From an uncultured Spirochaetota bacterium (lineage in GTDB: Bacteria; Spirochaetota; Brevinematia; Brevinematales; JAOACQ01): DNA of 64,000 nucleotides. Positions within the stretch are counted from its first letter, which is position 1. The number at the start of each line of letters is the position of its first letter. Where the stretch lies: positions 160,001 to 224,000 of the forward strand of contig CAWAOD010000005.1 of the NCBI GenBank assembly GCA_963783575.1. The letters run 5' to 3'. Of this stretch, positions 55,329-64,000 are shown piece by piece. A program made the translations under genes and the position numbers. Below the pieces are notes generated by a model. It was given only the letters and a program-made list of their open reading frames with translations, was not told where the DNA came from and ran no database searches.

Positions 55329-55477
55329 ATATAAGCATATAAATAAGAGTGGAAAAAACGGATCGCTGTATTATCTGGCCTAGTTGGGCTGGGCAGTCGA
55401 ATCGCTTAAAGTTTGCAAATCAGGGATATATAATATGTTATATAAAAATATTAGTTAATCCAAAAAAGGAGGATTTT

Positions 55478-57455
55478 ATGAAGAAAGTGTTGGCAATAAT
55501 CATTGAATTGATGATTATTATGTGTATTTTCGTTTTATCAGGATGCAATTTATCGCCTGGGCCGGGAAAAGAAGCATCCAAATCCGTATCGCCGGTATCG
55601 CCCGCAGGTCCGAAGTTTAGCATCGGTACCCAGCAGGTTTCAGGGACAGTTACCAATATCGGCAGGCCTTTATTTTCGTTCCGTAGTTCCTCGGATCCAC
55701 ATGCCCGCGTATTCAACGGACAGGTTTACATTTACTGTTCACAAGATATGTACGGCAACAGCGGCGGCGGTATTTATCCGATGAACACTACTTACTGCTA
55801 TTCATCAGCCGATCTGGTAAACTGGAAGGATAACGGCGCGGTAATGACGGAAAACCAACTTCCCTGGGCAGCCCATGGATCCAACGAGCTTTGGGCGCCA
55901 TGCTGTGTCCAGAACCCGAACAATGGGCAATATTACCTTTATGAACCTGATGAACCTAATAACGGTGCCAACTCCTATGACAAGAGGATCGGGGTAAGTG
56001 TAGCATCCAGCCCGACGGGTCCTTTTACCCCATTGCAGAATTATATAAGCATTCCAAGAGTTGCGAACGCCCCCCAGGGAGACTTCAATTGCGATCCTTT
56101 CGTGTTTATTGACACGGCAAACGGCAACACACCGTATCTTTTATATTGCGACGGAAATAACCCAAATGGTAGGGACTGTATCGTACAGATGAACAGCGAC
56201 TTTGAGACAGTAAGCAAACAGCCAGTAACGGTAGATTCATTGATGGCTAACGGAGTGCCGGCAAATCAGTTCGAGGAAGGCCCGAGGCTTTTCTACATCA
56301 ATAGCAAGTACTACCTGATTATGCCTGTTTCTTACGGCGGATCTGAATATCTGGCTTACGCCATATCAACCCAAGGGCCGATGGGTCCTTATACTTTCAA
56401 GGGTAATTTTATGTCGCAGAACCAGGCGGAATGGACTATCCAGGGAGACATCGTTCAGTTTGACAACAAGAACGTACTGTTTTATCATGATGTTCAGCAG
56501 CCCCAGATAAAAGGTTTTTACAGACAGGTGTGCGGGGAATATTTTTATTTTAACAGCGACGGGTTACTTCCCCAGATCTCAAGAACCCAGCAGGGGCTCA
56601 CTATTGACACCACCAATATAGTACAGGCAGCTAGCTACTTCACAGCCTCCAGCGGCGTACAGACAGAATCAACCGGTGATCCGGGCAGCGGTCTGGATGT
56701 TGGATGGATTCAAAATGGAAGCTGGATTGAATACAGCGGGATGAACTTTGCCAATCTTAACATTACCGGTTTTACCATTAGCGTAGCGAGTGCGACAAGC
56801 GGCGGTAATATTTATATAATGGCGCCGAGCACAGGCGGTCTCGGCTGGGTTGAAATCGGACAGGTCAGCGTTCCTTCCACTGGAGGCTGGCAGAACTGGA
56901 CGACGGTAACATGCCCCATTAATTACAATTCACTGCCTGGACCTCAAACCATTGAACTTCAATTTTCCGGCGGTTCGGGTTACCTGTTAAACATAGACCA
57001 GTTCCAGTTTTCCGGTAACGGAGGAATCGCCCCGGGTACTTACAAAATTATTAACAGGAATAGCGGCACAGCTATGGACATGACCGGGTTTTCAACGAGT
57101 GCAGGCACCCAGGCCCAGATATGGGCTTATGGCGGAGGCGCCAACCAGAAGTGGACCCTTCAGCCCTCTGGGCCCTGACTATTACATCATAAATGTCAAC
57201 AGCGGTCTGGTACTGGGAGTAACTTCCGCTTCATTGAATGAAGGCACTTCCATCGTTCAATGGCAGCAAATCAGCGGCCATCCCGATCAACTGTGGATCC
57301 TGCAGCCTGTCTATAATTATTACTATATTAAAAATTTGAACAGCGGACAGGTAATAGGATGTTGTAACGGAACAACTACCAACGGCACACCGCTGGTCCA
57401 GTGGCCAGCCATTTCAGGAGATCTGGACCAGGAGTGGTCATTCCAGAATCCGTAG
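55478..57455 (+). CDS. GH43-CBM6-ricin-B lipoprotein, frameshifted near 57170
   Basis: Paralog of 41822-43783 (SDPH, WAP, CDPFVFID, FEEG). The C-terminal ricin part is in ORF 57099-57455. GGAGG RBS before ATG 55478. Confidence 0.85.
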
Positions 57456-57573
57456 ACTAATCCTTAATAAAACTGGGCGAGGAAGCGTTTTACGCTTTCC
57501 TTGCCCCTTTCTTTGTTCTCATCTGTTTTTTTTTGTTTTTACCCGCCCAGGTAGTTCCTGAACGAAAATTTGT

Positions 57574-57837
57574 TTTGAAATTAATGCGCCTGCCTTCCAA
57601 TATTAATACCTTTATTAAACCGGTTAAAATATTACAGGAAGAGAAAAAAAGATTGTAAAAGAGGAAATCGTTGTAGATGGTAATTATGAAGATATACTCA
57701 ATCAGCATTCAAAGAAAATGATCGAATGGGCCCTTAATAAATCAAAGGGCAATATAAAGAAAACGGCCGAAATACTGGGTATAAAGCGAACGACTATGAA
57801 TTATAAAGTCAAAGAACTTAAAATAGATATAGAGTAA
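57574..57837 (+). pseudogene. Duplicated 3' tail (HTH-coding) of the 1802-aa activator gene
   Basis: Near-identical to about 54834-55099, with indels. Confidence 0.85.
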
Positions 57838-57882
57838 ACTTTTCAAAAAACCTTAATCACCCGGTGATATTATTTTGTCATA

Positions 57883-58065
57883 GACAAAATTCAGTCACTT
57901 TTAAGACAAATTTTTGTCTCTTTTCGTCTTATTTGAAACGGCCGTATAATTATAAATAAATCTTTATTTAACATATTTAATCCATTAAATTATATATAGC
58001 AAGGAATTATCTCATTCTGCATATTCAAATCACAATTCCGGACCCCATCCTGGCATATAGTTTGC
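57883..58065 (+). promoter_or_regulatory. Cassette 5: paired GAC-N8-GTC palindromes plus sigma54 promoter (58051-58065)
   Basis: Near-identical to cassette 4. Confidence 0.8.
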
Positions 58066-58206
58066 ATATAAGCATATAAATAAGAGTGGAAAAAAAGGAT
58101 CACTGTAAAAATTAGGAAAGAGCTTTTATGGTTAATCCAATTGAAGCTTACTTCTATTTGAAAAGAAATAATTCACAGGAAGACTAGAAGCGATGCCCTG
58201 AGTATA

Positions 58207-59825
58207 CAGACTGTGTGAAAACTCAGTAAAATTTTATAGTAAAATCGATTAATTATACAAAAACTCCATTTTTTGATATATTTTTCAAGCTAAAAAAATC
58301 TTAGTTTAAAAAATCTATCCGAATACGATAAACGATGGTTTATTAGCATCAAACCAGAGTCATAAGTCTCTTTATTCCCAATATATTCAATACTTTTATT
58401 AAATTATGAATGAATCCTGCCAAACTGGATTCCGTCAGAACGCCATCCTTTCCCTTCATTAAAAAATAACTGTAACCCATATTCCTTTTTATCGATCCAA
58501 ATGGATGTTCACATATCTCTTTCCTTTTCTCTATGATCTTTTTCCCGGCTTCAGAACGAATTTTCCTCTTGAAGTTCTCAATTTCTTCTTTTCTAACTGG
58601 TACTTTGATACTTCGTCCTTCCACGCTTTCAGTACACTTATTTCTTACTTCACATTGGCTGCATAAGCCGCACTTGTACCTGACTATCTCTTTTCCTCCA
58701 TTGACCTTCTCTACTTTTTTCCCATTTCTCACTAATGGGTTTCCCTCCGGACAATAATAAACATTTTGTCCCGGATCATATTTGAATTTATCAACCTGGT
58801 ATTCTTCAGCAGGTACTCCTTTATTATCTTCTTTGCCTCGAATCCTTGCCTTATGTCCGTCATCCGGATTCGGCATATATACGTTATGTCCCTTATCTAT
58901 ACATTCCAGTATCTGCGGTTCGCTGTAATAACCGGCATCCGATACTTTGACCGTTTCAGTCTCTACCTTAAGCTCGTCCTTTATTTCTTCTACTCGGTCA
59001 CACATTCCTGCCATCTGCAGATTATATGCAATGTCGGATTTCCCTTTATCATTCATAAACCGGCTTTCCGGGTCATTTGAATAATATTTCTCCATTTCAG
59101 GATTTCCCTCAAAAATCTTTTTAATAGCCTCAACTTTATCCTTTTTTGTTTTCATTTTCTTTAAACGTTCCGCTATCTTTCCGGAAAGAAATTCAAATTC
59201 ATTCTTTTCTTCCTTATCGTTCTTATCCATCTCATTCAAATATTCTTCGATCTTTTGATCTATTCTATGTATGATTTCTTCTATGTTTTTCCTATGATAA
59301 ACATTGTTATTGTGGTTTTGCGCACTGATCTTGGTTCCATCAATTCCAACAACGTCAAATGATAAAAGCCCGGCTTTATGACATATCTTCAAAAATTCTC
59401 TGAATATCGACTGTATTCCCTTCTTATTATCTTTCCTGAAGTCGGCAATCGTCTTGAAATCCGGCGCTAGTCGTCCAGTCAGCCACATCAACTCTGTGTT
59501 TCTTCGGCACTCTCTCTCTAATTTCCTGCTTGTCCTGATTTTATTCAAATATCCGTAAATATAGATTTTTAAAAGTATTTCGGATTTATATGAACTTCTG
59601 CCGGTTGATGCTTCTTTTACTTTAAAACCAACTCCTTTCATATTTAGCTTATCAACAAAAATATCTATAAACCTTACCGGATCTTCTTCTCCTAACAGAT
59701 CTTCCAGTGTTTCATTGAACAGAACTATCTGATCCCTTGATTCTCCCTCAATATGCTTCATCTTTTACTCCGATTATTTTTGTTCTAATAATTATAGCAT
59801 ATTTACTGAGTTTTCACACAGTCTG
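58207..59825 (-). mobile_element. IS1182-family insertion sequence
   Basis: 24-bp inverted repeats CAGACTGTGTGAAAACTCAGTAAA / TTTACTGAGTTTTCACACAGTCTG. Apparent 3-bp ATA duplication. Confidence 0.9.
58349..59761 (-). CDS. IS1182 transposase, possibly with an internal in-frame deletion after AYNLQ
   Basis: SRKLERE, PDFKTIADFR, IDGTK, SDAGY, Zn-ribbon Cys residues and EHPFG.IK. Confidence 0.88.
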   Translation of the reverse strand: MKHIEGESRDQIVLFNETLEDLLGEEDPVRFIDIFVDKLNMKGVGFKVKEASTGRSSYKSEILLKIYIYGYLNKIRTSRKLERECRRNTELMWLTGRLAPDFKTIADFRKDNKKGIQSIFREFLKICHKAGLLSFDVVGIDGTKISAQNHNNNVYHRKNIEEIIHRIDQKIEEYLNEMDKNDKEEKNEFEFLSGKIAERLKKMKTKKDKVEAIKKIFEGNPEMEKYYSNDPESRFMNDKGKSDIAYNLQMAGMCDRVEEIKDELKVETETVKVSDAGYYSEPQILECIDKGHNVYMPNPDDGHKARIRGKEDNKGVPAEEYQVDKFKYDPGQNVYYCPEGNPLVRNGKKVEKVNGGKEIVRYKCGLCSQCEVRNKCTESVEGRSIKVPVRKEEIENFKRKIRSEAGKKIIEKRKEICEHPFGSIKRNMGYSYFLMKGKDGVLTESSLAGFIHNLIKVLNILGIKRLMTLV

Positions 59826-60096
59826 ATATCGAAGGGCCGGGAAGTCAGGTATTGGAAGTAGGCGAAAATTATATTTTAATTTCAATCCAAATCCAATACA
59901 TATTGATAAGTAGCCAATAATTTCACTAAAACGAATAAATAATAATTAGTGTAAATTCGTGCAATTAACGGCTAAGATTCTTCATCACTTCCCGTCTTCC
60001 TGTGAAAAAAATTTATGCTGACGGAAATAGTATTAAGTTATCAACTTTTACTAACAAAACTTTTGACAATATGTTAATCCAAAAAAGGAGGATTTT

Positions 60097-62047
60097 ATGA
60101 AGCCAGTGTTGGCAATAATCATTGAAATGATGATTATTACGTATATTCTCGTTTTATCAGGCTGCAGTTTATCGCCTGGACCGGGTAAAGAAGCATCCAA
60201 ATCCGCATCAGTAGGGCCTGTAAATAACGCGCCGGAATCACACACAGGTACGGAGTTTAACATCGGTACCCCAGCTACTTACGGGACACCTTTATTTACT
60301 ACGCGTAATTCTTCAGACCCCCATTCCAGTATCTTCAATGGTGTGCTTTACCTTTACACTTCGAGCGATATGGGCATTACAGGCTCATATCCAATGAGTA
60401 CGACATATTGTTATTCAACTTCCGATTTGATCAACTGGACAGATAATGGCGCAATGATCAATGAAAACTCGCTTCCATGGGCTTATCATAACACCAACCA
60501 GTTATGGGCCCCAGACTGCGTTTACGCAAACGGTCAATATTACCTTTATACGCCAGACGACGCTGCTGATGCAACCGGGAATGATATAGGCAAGAGGATC
60601 GGAGTATCCATTTCAACCAGCCCTACGGGCCCGTTTATTCCTCAGAATGATTATATCCATATCCCTACAGTAGCGGGCGCCCCCCAGGGAGATTTTGCAA
60701 GCGACCCCGATGTTTTTATTGATACCAACGGTACTCCATATATGCTATATTGCGATGGAAATGCCCCGAAAGGGAGGGTCTGCATTATAAAATTAGACCC
60801 AAGCATGACAAAGACAGCGGCAAACGCAACGCCTGTACTAATAGAATCATTAGGCAACGGCACTTTTCCTAATCAGTTCGAGGAAGGCGCGAGGTTAAGC
60901 CTTATTAATGGCATATACTACCTGTACTATCCGGTTTCCATTGGGAGTCGAGAATTCATTGTTTATGCTATGGCAAGAAATGTGATGGGCCCTTATACTT
61001 ACCATGACAAATTTATGTCGGCAAACCAAACTGAATGGACTGTTCAGGGCGATATAGCTAATTATGATAATAAATGGATACTCTTTTATCATGATACCCC
61101 GATGGTATCCCAGGGATATAAAAGAATGGTGTGCGGAGAATATTTTACCTTTAACTCCGATGGAACTATTCCTACAATCAGCAGGACAGTAGAAGGGCTT
61201 ACGGTAAACCCGAACAATCAGATACAGGCGGCTACTTACTTCAGTCAATCCGGGGGTCTGCAGACCGAACCGACCAGCGATCCGGGAAGCAGTCTGGATG
61301 TCAGGATGGATTCGAAATGGAAGTTATTGCTATTATAGCGGAATAAACTTTAACAATGCTAACTACATAGAGTTTTTTGCGAGCGTAGCGAGTCCAAGTA
61401 ACGGCGGAACCATCTCATTATATCAGTGGGACCCTAGCAGAGGTATTTTGCTGGGAACATGCGCTGTTCCAAACACCGGAGGCTATCGGAAATGGGTTAC
61501 AGTATCATGCAACATAGCCAGTCCATCTCCGGGACCTTTCATGAAACAACTTTGTCTTAAGTTTACCGGCGGACCGGGTTACATGTTCAACATAGACCGG
61601 TTTACATTTACAACTGACAGTTTTCCCGGTATTTATAAAATTATCAACAGGAATAGCGGCACAGCGATAGATATGCCGGGATCTTCAAAGGGTACTCAGG
61701 CCCAGATATGGACTTGGGGGCAAACAGCCAATCAAAGATGGACCGTTCAATTTTCCGGAAGCTATTTTTACATGATGAACAATTATAGTAGTTTGGTATT
61801 AGGCGTATTAAGTGCTTCACTGAACCCGGGCGCAAAGATTGTTCAATGGTCTCATAACACTTCCAGTGATCAGCAATGGGAGCTGGTGCCAACCGGTGAC
61901 GGATATTACTATATTCAAGACGTTAACAGCGGATGCGTTATAGACTGTCAAGGCGGGGCAACTGCCGATGGCACCCAATTAATCCAATGGCCGAATGATG
62001 GAGCCAATAGTCAACAGTGGTCATTACAGGATGCCGCCAATAATTGA
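60097..62047 (+). CDS. GH43-CBM6-ricin-B lipoprotein, frameshifted near 61303
   Basis: Paralog of 41822-43783, split over ORFs 60097-61338 and 61298-62047. Confidence 0.85.
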
Positions 62048-62164
62048 AAAAAGTTTCATTAATAAAACGGGTAAGGAAGCGTTTACGCTTTCCTTGCCCC
62101 TTCCATTGATCTTATCTGTTTTATTTCGTTTTTACCCGCCTAAGAAGTTCCTGAACGAAAATTT

Positions 62165-62433
62165 GTTTTGAAATTGATGCACCTGCCTTCCAAATATCTG
62201 TATCTTTATTAAGCCGGTTAAAATATTACAGGAAGAGAAAGAAAAGATTGTAAAAGAGGAATTGTCGTTGATGGTAAATATGAAGATATACTTAATCAGC
62301 ATTCAAAGAGAAAATGATCGAATGGACCCTTAATGAATCAAAGGTTAATATAAAGAAAGTAACCGAAATATTGGGTATAAAGCGAACGATCCTGAATTAT
62401 AAAGTCAAAGAACTTAAAATAAATATAAAGTAA
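62165..62433 (+). pseudogene. Second duplicated 3' tail of the activator gene
   Basis: Similar to about 54834-55099 but more diverged than the copy at 57574. Confidence 0.8.
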
Positions 62434-62478
62434 ACCTTTCAAAAAACCTTAATCACCCGGCGGCATTATTTTGTCATA

Positions 62479-62662
62479 GACAAATTTCAGTCACTTTTAA
62501 GACAAAATTTTGTCTATTTTCGTCTTATTTGAAATGGCCGCATAATCGTGAATAAATCTTTATTTAACATATTTAATCCATTAAATTATATATGGCAAGG
62601 AATTATCCTAATCTGTCATATTCAAATCACAATACCGGACCACATCCTGGCATATGGTTTGC
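62479..62662 (+). promoter_or_regulatory. Cassette 6: paired GAC-N8-GTC palindromes plus sigma54 promoter TGGCATATGGTTTGC (62648-62662)
   Basis: Copy of cassettes 4 and 5. Confidence 0.8.
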
Positions 62663-62692
62663 ACATAAACATATAAACAAGAGTGGGAAAAA

Positions 62693-63046
62693 ATGAAAGA
62701 AAAAAAATGGATCGCTGTAAAAATAGAAAAGAGCTTTTTTATTGTTCATATTGTCACAAAAAGTGGAGTGCACAAAATACAGAGGTATTCATTGAAAAAA
62801 TCCGGGATCAGTGAATTTATGAAGGAACTGGATTATGATACGGTTATTAACATAGAAAAAAACGATAACATACAGAAATTTATAGAAAAAATCAAAGGGC
62901 TGATAAAAGACTGTTCCGTGTTGAATAAATTGGAATTGCTGGAATTCAACGGTTATTTTGATGAAAGTAATATGGATGCAGCATATGATATTGAAAGTAA
63001 AATAACAGATAATATCGAAACGGAAAATCAGGTAAGTTTAAAATAG
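62693..63046 (+). CDS. Small hypothetical protein resembling a degenerate IS110 N-terminal (DEDD/RuvC-like) domain
   Basis: Intact 117-aa ORF directly after a sigma54 promoter, with a second copy at 44345. The IS110 similarity is by eye only. Confidence 0.65.
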   Translation: MKEKKWIAVKIEKSFFIVHIVTKSGVHKIQRYSLKKSGISEFMKELDYDTVINIEKNDNIQKFIEKIKGLIKDCSVLNKLELLEFNGYFDESNMDAAYDIESKITDNIETENQVSLK

Positions 63047-63186
63047 CTTTATCTTGATAAAACTTTTGACATTAGGCTAATAAATATAGGGGGGTACTTA
63101 TGTAATAATTAACTTTAAAAAGTTTTTAGAATAGTTACGAAAGTGAAAAAAAAGCGCAAAGCCAGTAAAAAAGGAGGATTTTCATC

Positions 63187-64000
63187 GTGAAAACAAAAAT
63201 TTCGTTAGTGTTAATGTTTTTAGTAATTGGACTTTCCGGATGCAGTCTTGATATCCAACAGCATCCTAGTGATACACAGAACAAGAGTTTGGATTCTGGA
63301 AACTTAACAAGATCGGTGTCAGCTGCGATACCTATATCAACTACTTATACCACTTCAGATCCAACGGGGCGTGTTATGCCTGATGATAACTGTGTCTATG
63401 TGTATACATCAAGTGACTTAGATCAGTCTGGCAGCTGGCCAATGAATCAAACACGTGCTTTTCGTGCACCAAATACAGCAGATCCAGCCAGTTTTGTTTT
63501 TCAGCCTGTTAATGATAATGGCGGGGTGATACTTAATGAAAGTCAAATACCCTGGGTAACAGGGTCGCCTAATCACTTATGGGCTCCGGATTGTGTATAT
63601 GAATTTGATAATTATTGGGATAAAAGTTATTATTTATATTTTCCGGACATAATAAATAATAATGGTACGCAATCCAGGATCGGTGTAGCGACTGCCTCAA
63701 CCCCTGATGCTGCTGCTGGTTATGGTACTGCCGGCGGTTTTTACCCAGAGGCCAATTATATACAAGGTATTGGTACTACGGCAAATAGCGGCTATGCAAG
63801 TGATCCGTGTATATTTCAAAGTTATCCGGGTGGTCCTTCCTGGCTGGTATATTGTACCGGAGATTGGAATACTACTCAAACAAAAGGGATGCTTGCCATG
63901 GCAAAATTGAATAGTGATATGAAAACCGTACGTTCAGGATCAGATAAAGCAATAACTATAACTGGCTTACCCAGCAAGTATGTTTATTTAGAAGGACCAT
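63187..64000 (+). CDS. GH43 lipoprotein, 5' part, runs off the window end
   Basis: GTG start after AGGAGG. LSGC lipobox. TSDP, HLWAPDC, ASDPCIF and YLEGP motifs. Missing from the ORF track because there is no stop in the window. Confidence 0.85.
   Translation, partial: MKTKISLVLMFLVIGLSGCSLDIQQHPSDTQNKSLDSGNLTRSVSAAIPISTTYTTSDPTGRVMPDDNCVYVYTSSDLDQSGSWPMNQTRAFRAPNTADPASFVFQPVNDNGGVILNESQIPWVTGSPNHLWAPDCVYEFDNYWDKSYYLYFPDIINNNGTQSRIGVATASTPDAAAGYGTAGGFYPEANYIQGIGTTANSGYASDPCIFQSYPGGPSWLVYCTGDWNTTQTKGMLAMAKLNSDMKTVRSGSDKAITITGLPSKYVYLEGP

Noticed and set aside
55349..55477. N-terminal extension of the 609-aa ORF (likewise upstream starts at 14748, 15659, 19582 and 24503)
   Set aside because: RBS positions and paralog alignment favour downstream ATGs at 55478, 14802, 15749, 19687 and 24518.
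4541..63910. Numerous short antisense or overlapping ORFs in the track
   Set aside because: They are shadows of longer genes with recognisable motifs and have no RBS or motif support.
1..64000. rRNA, tRNA, integron attC array or prophage
   Set aside because: No such sequence signatures, integrase or phage structural genes were recognised. The cassettes carry their own promoters and lack attC-type ends.

Overview
AT-rich bacterial accessory region, possibly from a spirochaete or similar (inferred only from lipoprotein style and heavy sigma54 use). (1) About 0.75-9.4 kb is a very AT-rich putative defence island. It holds a reverse transcriptase-nitrilase gene (UG1/DRT1-like, split by one frameshift) with a structured ~210-nt leader. 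Its consensus sigma70 promoter has been displaced by an IS21 element inserted in the -10 box. Next come a 21-bp-period palindromic array and a P-loop kinase(pseudogene)/PIN-GNAT/ASCH cluster. (2) About 9.4-33 kb holds mixed regulators and enzymes (Crp-OYE, a sigma54 two-component system, TetR-oxidoreductase, GGDEF, a disrupted ptsP, a phospholipase B-like lipoprotein) with IS elements, MITEs and REP-like palindromes. (3) About 33.8-64 kb contains two paralogous ~1800-aa Ser/Thr kinase-NTPase-TPR-GAF-sigma54 activator-HTH fusion genes. Each is followed by three cassettes of paired GAC-N8-GTC palindromes, a sigma54 promoter and secreted GH43/GH8/CBM6/ricin-lectin lipoprotein genes. The palindrome variant differs between the two blocks, as does the activator HTH. 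A small protein resembling an inactivated IS110 RuvC-like domain follows two of these promoters. Many single-base frameshifts suggest sequencing errors, decay or both. All domain calls come from motif recognition by eye, not database searches.
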